A stretch of 58,132 nucleotides of DNA, the filler included, from Sphacelaria rigidula (taxonomy: Eukaryota): assembly GCA_964200075.2 (NCBI GenBank). It is 3 parts of 3 records of this genome, joined end to end, with 100 filler letters (N's around TTAATTAATTAA, not from the genome) between each part and the next. Parts side by side here need not be neighbours in the genome. Positions count along the whole stretch, not along the records: positions 19,419 to 38,727 come from CAXNAA020000689.1; positions 38,828 to 58,132 come from CAXNAA020000690.1; 1 more part is not named here. The stretch is one strand, 5' to 3'. Position 1 is the first letter of the stretch. The number at the start of each line of letters is the position of its first letter. The position numbers and the translations under genes were made by a program. This document shows positions 33,192 through 43,400 of the stretch, in pieces. Below the pieces are notes generated by a model. The model was not told the DNA's origin, searched no databases, and worked only from the letters and a program-made list of their open reading frames with translations.

Positions 33192-36100
33192 TCATAGTCG
33201 GCCGTCCTTAGTCGGGCCCTCAATTCCTTGAGCCGATGCTGCCAGTGTCTCTTCGTATCGCTGCCTCAGGTAAGCCCAGTGCGGCCGCCTAGAGTAATCC
33301 AGCAAACGGATGAGATTATCGAACCTAGCTTGATCGTGCGCAACCAGGTCGCGCACCTGAATTCTGTGTTGAGCATCTCCTTCGTCGCTAAGTAGCAAGC
33401 ACCTCGCCGTCTCCAGTCGCTCCTCTAGATGCTGAAGTCGAATCCGTGCATTAGAGCCTCCATCAACAAGATAGACGTCCGCCTCATGTAATACTCGAAA
33501 ACATCGCAAAAGGTCCCCAGATACGACGCGGATGTACATGCTCTGGAGAATCAGGATGCGGGCCTTTTCCTCCGGAAGGTCAATGCTGTGTTGCGACAGC
33601 GTGTCAATATATCGGCGGGCCTCCTCCGCAAAGAAGTAATCATCCACCCAAGCTAAGCGACGAGGCCCTTGTTGGGCCTGAAACTCATACAGCCGCAGAC
33701 AAATACGGACAAGGACTCTTGATGGGTGCGAACTGAGCCGGTTCCCCCCACTGAGAGGGCGCAGGAGGAAGTGGATCCTACGAAGGGTCTCGGCGAAACG
33801 AAAGCATGCGAGTGCCTCGACAAGAAGAGGGACTTCATGCTCTCGCGCTGGCTCATCCTCAATGTGGAGCTGCCGAACCATAATTTCAGCGACTCGAAAC
33901 ACGAGATCGGCAGCCTCTGGAATACAGTGTCGAGCGATGCATGCTCTGACCAAACTGGTTCCAAGAGCAACCGCTTCCACGACTTTCGTATCGGGACCGC
34001 GGCCGTTCTCGGGCCCGATTGAGCCTTCGATGATTGACCTCATTCGCCGGGCTAGGAGCTGAACACCATCGCCCGAAGAGTTCCCCCTCATTTCCTGCGC
34101 CAACCCGCGTGATACGCCATATACTGCCCCCATTGCTGACGCCGCCCCGGGGACTTCCTTGTCGAGATTCAGAGACTTTAACCACGACTCGGCCTCCGCC
34201 GTTGCATCCTCAAGCGAATCACAGTGTACCGCGGCATCTACAAGGACTTTGGATATCGAGCCCCTTTTTCGTTGCTGTGCCCTTACGTACAACAGCCCGG
34301 CGGGAGCGGGAGCGGCTGCGTGATTATCCTTAAGGAACTCTTCTGCCAGCCGCTTTGCTTCATCTGCCATCCCTGTGTCGAGTTCGGCTCGAGCACTAGC
34401 TAAGATGAAGTCGCCCACCAGTTGCTGGCTCGCCTCGACGGTTAATAGGGATCCTGGACCTGCCTGAGGAAATACAGACTCCCAGGCTTGCCGAGTTAGC
34501 TTGAGTAGCTCCCGCTTCTCGTTGCCGGCCTGAAGGACCCGCGCAAGGCGCCACCTGGGCGGTGCCTCCAGAATTCCGCGGTAGAAGATCGTATATAGTC
34601 GAGCGAACATCTCGCTGGGATCCGATGGAAGTAGCCGCTTTCGGTATGAGCGAAGTTCTTCGGACGGAAGGCCCCATATTATGGACTCATACCCGTGGCG
34701 GAGCCCCTGGAGCATCCTGCGGTAGAACAGTAGTGATTCGGATGACCTCCAGATCGCGTGTCTTGATACGATGGCATCCTGCCTTAGGCACTCCTCGCAG
34801 ATGATCAGGTGCGCAAGGCCGATATCATGCCGACTATCCATGTCTTTCGACAAGCGACTCCCATCCAGAGATTTTCGGAGGAGGAGCTTAAGGCCTCCGT
34901 CAGCCAGCCAAAGGCGACGCGACCGTCTATTATTACGGATTTCGGCGCTCTCTTGGTCTAGGTAAGATGTAGAGTCGGCAGCATATTCCAGGCCAGGTAT
35001 TCGCTCGGGGTCACCCTCAACAATAATCTGCGGAAGTTGGCTCTGAAAACGCGAAAGGCCTCCAAGAATCGCTTTGGAATCCTCGTTACTCGGTGGAGCG
35101 CTGCCTGGGGCCAATCCCTCGGCGCACGCCGGGCCCGCCTCACGCAGGCTGCACCAGAGTGCGATGAAGCGCGCCAATCGCACTTTGTTGACACCATCAT
35201 CAACAAGGGAAAGAAAGACGATGGTAAGCCAGAGATGAATGTCTCGCTCTCTCAAAACGCTGAGGAACATCGCAGCGGCGTCCTCGGGTCGCGACATCTC
35301 GGACAAACGACGTTCATCGTGACCACCCAGGGAGATCATCGCGTCAACTACAACAAAGAAGTAGTGCTCGTAGTGTCCCCCGTGGGCGAGAGCGCTCAAC
35401 TCCCTCCAACTCGCGAACTGACTCTTTAGAACAGAATCGAGATTTTCGGCCGGCAAACGAGGTAGCATGCGGCGCTTTGTTCGGGGCGTCTGCTCGGTCA
35501 GTCGCGTGCAGGTTTGCGTTGACGTCGTGCCAACAAGGAACGTGGGACGCACAATTCCATAAGTGATTCGGTCGCCGTCGGGAGGATCTGAATCTTGGAC
35601 GGAGAAGTGTGGCCAGAGAAGCTGGTCGATGAGCCTGTGTATTGAGTTACCCGTAATTGCCTCTGTTAGATGCGGGTAGTCAGCTGACGGTGACTCCCCC
35701 ACTCCATCAAAGAGGATAATGGTCCTTTGGCGCTGCAGGCCACTTCGGACTCTATCTAGGGTCGGTCGAATCCAACCCGTGTCGTTGTAGTCAGGGATTT
35801 GCTCGCTGAGGTCCTGTCTGCTCCGGTCCTTGAGGTACGCGTCCAACCAGAAAAGGACCTTGTGGGCGTCAATGTGCCAGTGGGGTGTCAAATAGGAGGA
35901 AACCGGAAGATAGAGATACTCAGTATCGGCAGGATCCAAATGAGTGTGAATAATATATCGAAGCGACTCTGTGATGAGCCACGGAGGCATCGCACCGCCC
36001 AAGAGCAAGGTGATCTCTGTGGTCCCACGGAGTATGTCCTTTGCTACATCACTGAGCTCCTTTTTACGCTCGTCCGTCAGGACGAGATTGCCTGGTGATT

Positions 36101-36668
36101 CCTTTGCGCCGGGCAGGAGACAGCTGTTCCCCCTTGGTCGAAGGACGCGGACAAGACCGCGATAGAAGCTAAGATAGGACTCATCGTAGGAATCACCCTG
36201 TGGCGGATGGGGCTCCCTAAGAAGGTTCCGGAGCTCGTCTGTCAACCGGGCCAAGCGGGTCTCTGGCATTTGGTCGAAGAGATGGGAATGCGCCCACTCG
36301 ATGAGCTCTGACGAAGCTTGGGCATGGTTGGGTGTGCGTGGGTCCTTGTGTGTGAGATCAAGATCGAGCCATCTTCTGGCGTTCTTGGTGTCGGGCGCAT
36401 CACGCGAACGCTTCACCACATCCAACATTCTGTCCAAGCGATTTGAGGGGCCCCTAGTCGGAAGAAAGTAGGAGAGTGCTTCGCACAGAAGCCTGTACCT
36501 CGGAGCCATTCCCAAGCCAAGCGCGTCGTCGACTAGATGTCGGTCGCGCGCCTTCTTGGGGTGGGTCTTTACGTTGAGAAGCAGGCGCTTGGCCTTGACG
36601 AAGTCATGTGGATGGTCAGGGAAGTGCACTGGTGTCGCTCTCGCCGGGTGGGGTTTCGAATGGGTCAT
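33192..36668 (-). CDS. 1158-aa protein resembling a degenerate STAND NTPase with helical/TPR-like C-terminus
   Basis: Long uninterrupted ORF. Walker-B-like RTIILFDGVGE and sensor-1-like FLVGTTS, but no GxxxxGK[ST]; helical repeat-like C-terminal half. CDS is secure, family call is tentative. Confidence 0.6.
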   Translation of the reverse strand: MTHSKPHPARATPVHFPDHPHDFVKAKRLLLNVKTHPKKARDRHLVDDALGLGMAPRYRLLCEALSYFLPTRGPSNRLDRMLDVVKRSRDAPDTKNARRWLDLDLTHKDPRTPNHAQASSELIEWAHSHLFDQMPETRLARLTDELRNLLREPHPPQGDSYDESYLSFYRGLVRVLRPRGNSCLLPGAKESPGNLVLTDERKKELSDVAKDILRGTTEITLLLGGAMPPWLITESLRYIIHTHLDPADTEYLYLPVSSYLTPHWHIDAHKVLFWLDAYLKDRSRQDLSEQIPDYNDTGWIRPTLDRVRSGLQRQRTIILFDGVGESPSADYPHLTEAITGNSIHRLIDQLLWPHFSVQDSDPPDGDRITYGIVRPTFLVGTTSTQTCTRLTEQTPRTKRRMLPRLPAENLDSVLKSQFASWRELSALAHGGHYEHYFFVVVDAMISLGGHDERRLSEMSRPEDAAAMFLSVLRERDIHLWLTIVFLSLVDDGVNKVRLARFIALWCSLREAGPACAEGLAPGSAPPSNEDSKAILGGLSRFQSQLPQIIVEGDPERIPGLEYAADSTSYLDQESAEIRNNRRSRRLWLADGGLKLLLRKSLDGSRLSKDMDSRHDIGLAHLIICEECLRQDAIVSRHAIWRSSESLLFYRRMLQGLRHGYESIIWGLPSEELRSYRKRLLPSDPSEMFARLYTIFYRGILEAPPRWRLARVLQAGNEKRELLKLTRQAWESVFPQAGPGSLLTVEASQQLVGDFILASARAELDTGMADEAKRLAEEFLKDNHAAAPAPAGLLYVRAQQRKRGSISKVLVDAAVHCDSLEDATAEAESWLKSLNLDKEVPGAASAMGAVYGVSRGLAQEMRGNSSGDGVQLLARRMRSIIEGSIGPENGRGPDTKVVEAVALGTSLVRACIARHCIPEAADLVFRVAEIMVRQLHIEDEPAREHEVPLLVEALACFRFAETLRRIHFLLRPLSGGNRLSSHPSRVLVRICLRLYEFQAQQGPRRLAWVDDYFFAEEARRYIDTLSQHSIDLPEEKARILILQSMYIRVVSGDLLRCFRVLHEADVYLVDGGSNARIRLQHLEERLETARCLLLSDEGDAQHRIQVRDLVAHDQARFDNLIRLLDYSRRPHWAYLRQRYEETLAASAQGIEGPTKDGRL

Positions 36669-36924
36669 TATCCAGGGGTTGCGGGTGTGAACCCGAGGGG
36701 GTCATAGCTGAAACAACGGCGGAGATCGAGGGGGCCCACATGCCGTCAAATGTGCGGACTCGGGGAGCTTGGGGAGTCGGCGCAACCGCACAGGCCGATA
36801 TCGGAGCATATGGAGCCACTGAAGAACTGATGGGAGTCACAAAAACCCTAGACATATCAAGCGGTTACCGGTTCGCGCGGGTTGCAATCGCCATTGCGAT
36901 TGGTCAGAATAGTGGTGTGGGCTG

Positions 36925-38310
36925 ATGAGTGCACCAGGGTCGGTGCAACGCTCAGCCCCGGGGAGGATGACTGAAATGCCAGATGTGCAAAGGCCCGGAT
37001 CGAACGCGTCGATAAGGGCGGCCCTTCTTGACAGGGTTGATTTGGGTGTGTCTAGGGCTGAGCAAGGCATTCGACCTTGCTCCTCGGAAGATCTACCCCT
37101 AGGCCTCGAGAGATGCGCCCTATTGAGAGCATCGTTCCGAGAAAAGGTCAGCAACACGGCTTGCGCAGCCATCAAGTTGTCCTGCGAATCGGCTGGAGCG
37201 CTCTCGCCTAGCCAAATGCGCGCCCAGCTACTCGCGCTCGGCGACGCAACTAAAGTCGGAGCAGAGTCGCATGAACTCATACTAGCTGACTTTCCCGTGA
37301 GCCACCTCAAGGACGAGAAGGACCTCGCGGCCCTGCTTCACGCCCTTGAAGAGAAGTCCGGCGAACGGATCCCTTTCCCTGTGGGGAGGATACAAACCCT
37401 GGAAGACCTCAAGCACATCAACCAGGTGGGGCTCCATACTATCAGGCGAGAACTCGCCCGAAGGAGAAGACTCGACCTTGAAGAGTATATTGAGGATGAG
37501 GCAGAACAAGCCACCCGAAGAACACTCGCGGCGTACCAAGGATTTCTCGTTAACGAGACTTGGAAGGATTCTGGTTCATCAGGACTGGTAAGATACCACA
37601 CCGTTGTTGCACGCTACGCGGCCCGTGACTTATTGCGGCGTAATAAGCATAGGCCCCAGGCCGACCTCCGGTCTCGTGCCGCTAGAGACTTCGCGCGGAA
37701 CGGATCCGACCTAGACCTTGTCATGCTCATCGCGAGCGCCACCTGTCTTGGCGACATGGGCTGGCTCTCTGAGCGAGTGGAGCAAGGCCTGATGATCGCC
37801 TTGGCAGAGGAACTCGGCGGGGATCCGTGGTGGGTGCGGCGCGTGCTCGGGTGCATCTACGGGTTTCCATCGAAAGCTGCGCTGGAGCAGGCCGTGAGTC
37901 GGGCGCGGCCTGCCTTGATGGGCTTGAACGACCACTACGGCCTCTCCGTTACCGAGCGGATACGTCACGCGGAGGAGCCCCTGGAGGTGCTTGAAAAGCA
38001 CCTCCACGAAACATCCAGCTCCCGATACGAGCCGTTGGTCAAAAAGAGAAGGGCATTGAGGGCCGTGAAGGAGTTAAGATGGATCCGGAGCCATGATTGG
38101 AGAGAGATTGCAAAGGCAGGAGAGCCTCTCCTCACGCAGCTTGCTGACGTGCTCGCGAAGGCAATTCAAAACCGGCTTCTGGATGGGATTCTGTACGGAG
38201 CTCGACTTACACACTTGGCGGACGACCATAATAACACTGAAATCGCACTAATGCGCATCCAAGAATTTGGCGCTCGGCACCAAGGGTTCTATCACTGCTG
38301 TCGCGGGTGA
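36925..38310 (+). CDS. Divergent ECF sigma-70-like factor (paralogue 2)
   Basis: PFPVGRIQTLEDL (vs PFPIGEIQTPEDL), region-2-like VVARYAARDLLRR, region-4-like YGFPSKAALEQAVSRARPAL, shared WW(V/L)RR motif. ATG 36976 has GGAGG 9 nt upstream and may be the true start. Confidence 0.65.
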   Translation: MSAPGSVQRSAPGRMTEMPDVQRPGSNASIRAALLDRVDLGVSRAEQGIRPCSSEDLPLGLERCALLRASFREKVSNTACAAIKLSCESAGALSPSQMRAQLLALGDATKVGAESHELILADFPVSHLKDEKDLAALLHALEEKSGERIPFPVGRIQTLEDLKHINQVGLHTIRRELARRRRLDLEEYIEDEAEQATRRTLAAYQGFLVNETWKDSGSSGLVRYHTVVARYAARDLLRRNKHRPQADLRSRAARDFARNGSDLDLVMLIASATCLGDMGWLSERVEQGLMIALAEELGGDPWWVRRVLGCIYGFPSKAALEQAVSRARPALMGLNDHYGLSVTERIRHAEEPLEVLEKHLHETSSSRYEPLVKKRRALRAVKELRWIRSHDWREIAKAGEPLLTQLADVLAKAIQNRLLDGILYGARLTHLADDHNNTEIALMRIQEFGARHQGFYHCCRG

Positions 38311-38374
38311 AGTCTTGGTTCGCCAGATTCACCTCTCGCGTTCGGACACAGCCCGCTCGTCTGATTTCGGGCCC

Positions 38375-38587
38375 TTGCGGGCTGCGCTAGCCGCCACACA
38401 GGAGACCGTTCAGGCCTACGCGGGGCTGTTCCGAGCACTCCCGGACGCCTTCGGGCAGAACTTCATGATCTCCCTCCGCAACCACCTGCAGCGACTTGAC
38501 GAGAACGGAATCCCTCCCGAGTCGGATCAAACGCTCCGTGCCGCAGTGCAGGCACTCGCCGAGGTCGACGGCAAGAACACCGACTGA
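38375..38587 (+). pseudogene. C-terminal remnant of a TPR-array protein
   Basis: ALAATQETVQAYAGLFRALPDAFGQNFMISLRNHLQRL resembles the last unit of EALAATQEAV..YR.L....PDAF.P.LA.SLNNL TPR arrays. No good start or RBS. Confidence 0.5.
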
Positions 38588-38727
38588 TCGCGCAGCAGGG
38601 CGCCTTGCGGCCGTCGCGCCTCGGCATCGACTCTTGTGAAAATGAACCTTTTCAGTAAACTCGGTGCTTCGTGGCCCCAGCACCCAAGAAAACCCGCCCC
38701 ACCAAGGCCACCAAGCCCAAGCGACGG

Positions 38728-38827
38728 NNNNNNNNNNNNNNNNNNNNNNNNNNNNNNNNNNNNNNNNNNNNTTAATTAATTAANNNNNNNNNNNNNNNNN
38801 NNNNNNNNNNNNNNNNNNNNNNNNNNN
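38728..38827. other. Artificial contig-joining spacer
   Basis: Identical N44-TTAATTAATTAA-N44 structure. Confidence 0.98.
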
Positions 38828-39311
38828 GGAGAAACCGGTTCGTGGACACCACTTTTCGATTTTCCTCATTCTCGACCACCCCTGGGGGGGGGGGGTGAAC
38901 CATATTCCAGTTTGTAAGGCCCCTTGGGCTATACCAAAACAGCCATATCGCATCGAATATCGATACTCGATACGTTTCGTGTCGTTTTCGCAATATTGAC
39001 AAAAATATCGGTATCGGGGGTTGTGGGTCGATATTTTAAGAATATCGTATCGAAGTTTGTTCTCGGTCGGATATGCAACCCTGCCTACAGACTGTAGTCA
39101 TCCGTAGAAACCAAGGATTCAACAAGGATTTGATTTGTTCAACCATGTAATTTTTGGCTACCCACTTGCGTACGCGGTACAAAGACACTCCGTCCATACT
39201 ACGGTACCGTAGCGTGACATGGCTCTACTATCTCAACGCTAGTCGTTGACAACCAGCACCAGCACCAGCACCAGCACCACGAGACATTGTGCTTAATCAT
39301 TGGATGCTCAC

Positions 39312-39605
39312 ATGGAGGGAGAGATGCGAGCACGCGGCCACCGTTGCACACGGCAATCCCTCGCTTTTCGCCCAATTACACACCAGTTTCCGGAGACTCG
39401 TTCCCCCGCACTTCCAGACGTGCAAAAACATCACCGTCCCTCCTTTCGGGAGTTGACTGCTTGCTCGGAGACCCTTATTGCTGGCAACGCTGGACACTGC
39501 TGCCACCATCAGCACCACGAGCAGTGAATAGCTGATCGATAATATCCATGGACGCCGCGTATACAGTAGCGCGGTACGAGCGCGTGCGCCCCACGTTCCG
39601 TTCAT
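39312..39605 (-). CDS. First coding exon of a type II membrane (Golgi-type) sulfotransferase
   Basis: ATG 39605; TM ILSISYSLLVVLMVAAV; 5'-PAPS-binding loop FLHVWKCGGTS; GTGAGC donor right after 39312. The rest of the gene is not recognisable before the contig edge. Confidence 0.75.
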
Positions 39606-40470
39606 GAGTCGGTACAGTGGCCTGCGGTCTTTCCGCACCTTTCCGCGGACTGTGTGATGCTGCACACTTCAGCCCAGCAGGAGCAAAGCAAGGCAAAGGA
39701 GGAGCCCCTCTCCACGCCAGGAAATTTCTGTTGCAAGGAAGAAATAAGAAATAAGCGACACGGCACGACGGTACGGTAGTGAGGTAGATACAACTGTACT
39801 ACCCATACTGTACTGTTCTTACGAGGCGGGAGGAGGAGCAACAAACGACACGGTCTTTGTTCCGACTACAGTAGACGTACGCTCTACTGCCTGTGAAGCA
39901 CTGCCTGTCTGTGCTCTGTATTCTGCTGTATCGTGTTACTTGAATGCTCTGACATGCTCGGCTGAGACCACACACCTAACGCCTAACGAAGGAGCGACAA
40001 CCAAGGGAGTGGCCCGGCGTCCAGCGTAGCGCTCGAGCTTATGGGATGCAAAAGAATGGGGTCTCACCAGCTCAATAGTCCGCGCAACTATCCCAAGGGT
40101 GATGTTCGTACCATCATCCGTTTGTGGGCTGGAAACCATTGTTGGTGTGTTGTGGAAGATGAGAATAAAAATCCCCCGAGGAGATGTCATGGAGTATGAC
40201 ATATCACGACTGTACTGCTATGGATCGTATCCACATATGCCCGTTTAGACGGGGAAGCTCCACACAGCACAGGCTGCTGGTTACACGGTGTGAATCTCAG
40301 TGTTGGTAATGCTTCTGTGAGTCTAACTGTTCATCTGATCTTCATGGGTTCGCCTCACTGGCCCCTATTGCTCGAATTGTCTATGCGGTCAGTCACACAT
40401 TGCTCGGTTCACCTGGGAATTTTGAAACTCACAAGTGATATTCTTCCTACTAACAGTCAGTATTATAGAA

Positions 40471-43400
40471 ATGGCCGTCGCGGTCACCAGTAACATCCTC
40501 TCGTGGTCGATTATCGGGGCGTCGGGTTTTCTTCTCCCTCCATGTAGCCTTGATTGTATAGGCACTGGTAGTGGAAGTCCTGTTTTTTCTGGTCGACATT
40601 GTGCAAAAGGCCATTACAACCACCTTCGTTGCCCTCGTGGAAGAAATTTACACGTCTGCACGAGCGGGGCAACCAAGCGGCCTACATCACCCGAGACGGT
40701 AGGATTCGAGAGTCTGAGCAATCCCGCGCCTGGAGCTAGTAAAATTACGGCGAGACACGATAGTTTGGGCCCTCCAGACTTCTCATCATCTGCCGGCAGG
40801 ACAAAAGAGGAAGAATTGGGCGTGGGAGGAACTAGTGTGAGAAACCCACGACACCAGGAAGAAGAGATTAGGCGAGCTGGAGTGGATGATACAGTGCAAT
40901 TTGTTGAGGTGAGGGACCACAACATGCCTCGGATGGAGGGCAAAATACATGGTCGTCGTGGCGTCCTGCATTGCGTATAGATAGTATGTCAACAGACTAC
41001 GATGGGCTTTCAGGCTCTATGCGTGCTGCATTTTTTTACCCCAATACAACCGATTCGCCAGGGTACTCTAAAAGACAGCAACACACATTTTCATGCAGTA
41101 GTGGACCTACACTATCAGTATAGACCGGCCTAGTGCGAACCAAGTTCACCCGCCTTTTTTGAGATTATCGCCTTCCTTGCTGCGGACTATGTCGACATGC
41201 GGTTGCTCGTCATAAATGAGGCCAGAGTATCACCCGAAGGACGAGATTTTGGTCATATGTACAGATGCAAGCAGAGTCTATTTTCACTAATCCATCCAGC
41301 GCGTTAGTCGTTGTATTTGGTCACCAGGCGGCCAGGTACATCGAGGCCTGTGACGCCAGCCAGACGAACTGGTGGATCACTGCTGTTGAGGGACTCCCCA
41401 GTCTCACTGGTCTCAGTTTCAGTGGTCGGCCTTTACAATATTTCATTATTTATTATTTCCGGAGTGCCCTTGTAGGCACAACGTCATTATCCAGAACCCT
41501 CTCGGAACCCTCCGGAATCCTCGTGTCCCCGGTCATTATCCAGATCATCACTACTAACTCAAAGTAACCACGGCGTAATTTCGACACAGGCCATATACAA
41601 CGCTCGACGCTTTGGTGAGGATGTCGACTTGAGTATAGTTTACCAGGATATTGCCATGAACTTATCAAGTGTACCCGGAAGATATCAATACCTCACTTGG
41701 AGCTCGACAGCCCCGCCGATACGGGTAATATCGCAGCATGCACCTCAAGGCGCCCCCCTGGCTGACGGCGTGTGATGACGGTCGTTTTGCCGACTTCTCC
41801 CTGCTTTCCGACCCCCGTGGCCGACCGGATAAATCGTATCGCCCCAACCAATACGACCAGGCTAAGCTTTAAAAAAGCGGGTCAGCCATCCCACACGACC
41901 TGAAGAAGACCACGATGCGATCAGAAACAACAACACCAGTGGAAGGGTGTATCATGAATGCCACCCAAGAAGGGCATAATGATATTGCACGGGTATTTAA
42001 TGTTGACAACCCGTCCTTCGATAACGCGAAGACTCGGAACTCGTGTTTGTAAGAAACCTTCGAGAGCATTTGGCCTAGACACGCGATAAGAAATCAAGCA
42101 TCATGAAATGACACCAAACAGAAAGCAGCTAAGGGAGACACACTATTCACGGGACTCTTCTATCGGTAGCTTTCGACTTTTGGGGGGGGGGAAGAACATT
42201 TTTTTCCCGACCTCTCCAAATACAGTCTGCTGGAGAAAACGACGCGAGGTTCTCGGAGTAATTTGTAGTCTGTCTTGAAATTATTTATTGCCTGACCTGT
42301 TTAAGAAATTACTCTCAGACTTTTTTTTCAGAGGAAGGTTTTTCCTCGAAGAAGTCGGACGTTTTGTCTGAGATAATATCCCGTTGATAGTGCTTGCTCC
42401 CAAGTACAATAAAATATTAAGAAGCTCCACATATCATCGACGAAATGAATATAAAATTTTATCGAACCCTGAATACACAGGTTCTACAGGCAGGCCGCTG
42501 GGGAGAAACACACTCAGGTCTGTATGCTTACAGGATCACGAAGCGTGTGTATACATTGAGCAAACCATATTTGTCAGAAGCAAACCCTCGCACATCTTGT
42601 TATTCCCATAAGCCTCGGCAATCCCGTCTTGAAGACTTTGTTGCACAGCCATGACTGGCTGAACGTGGGTGCTGTCTCTCTTCGTCTCACCGGCCCGACG
42701 ACACACCAGTCCTTTGGTGCAGACTCGAAGTCAGATGATACAGAGAAACATCGAATGAGTAATCTTGAGAAACTGCAAACTCCACCCTCCTCATAATAGA
42801 CAGGCAGAAAACCACTAGAATATCGCAAGATACTAAGACGCAGCGTACAAAACCGAAATTATTTACGTTGAGGCCGAGCGGTTATCAGTCGTGTACCAAA
42901 AATAAAAACGGCTTCATATCGGGACCCGGCTTGTAGGGGACGGTCTTGAGTTGGAACTCCACTGTACACCACTGAACGAACAACGGAAACGCCTGCAGCA
43001 GCCACCAAGGAATGACATAGTGGGTACGCTGTTGAACGTGCTGCGAGTGTGTGTTTGCTTGTGAACTCGTCTGAAATCAAGACGGAGTGATGGCTAAACA
43101 GAACGAAATTCCTTGTCGTTTGTAGGAGCCAGCACTGGTGCAGGCATTGACAGAAGAATGTTGGACACATTCTGTTGAGAAAGGGTATGATGAGTCAAGA
43201 ATACTAACCGTATTTCCAAAAACCGCCTTACTAGGCAACGCATTACTGCGCGTCCATATCCGCATTAAGAACGTCCGCCGATTCGGCAAATACGCACGGC
43301 ATTCCAGCTGTTTTAATACTACTCAACACCTTGCATTTTCGAGTTTTCATCCTAAGGTGTACACCTCGCAAGGTCGTTCTCACTCAGAATACCAACCGTG

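Noticed and set aside
36608-36925. 105-aa ORF between the divergent genes
   Set aside because: It overlaps the start of the 1158-aa gene, has no motif, and probably spans a divergent promoter region.
19419-38727. Bacteria-to-alga horizontal gene transfer
   Set aside because: Both junctions are artificial spacers; the genes have RBSs, operon coupling and no introns.
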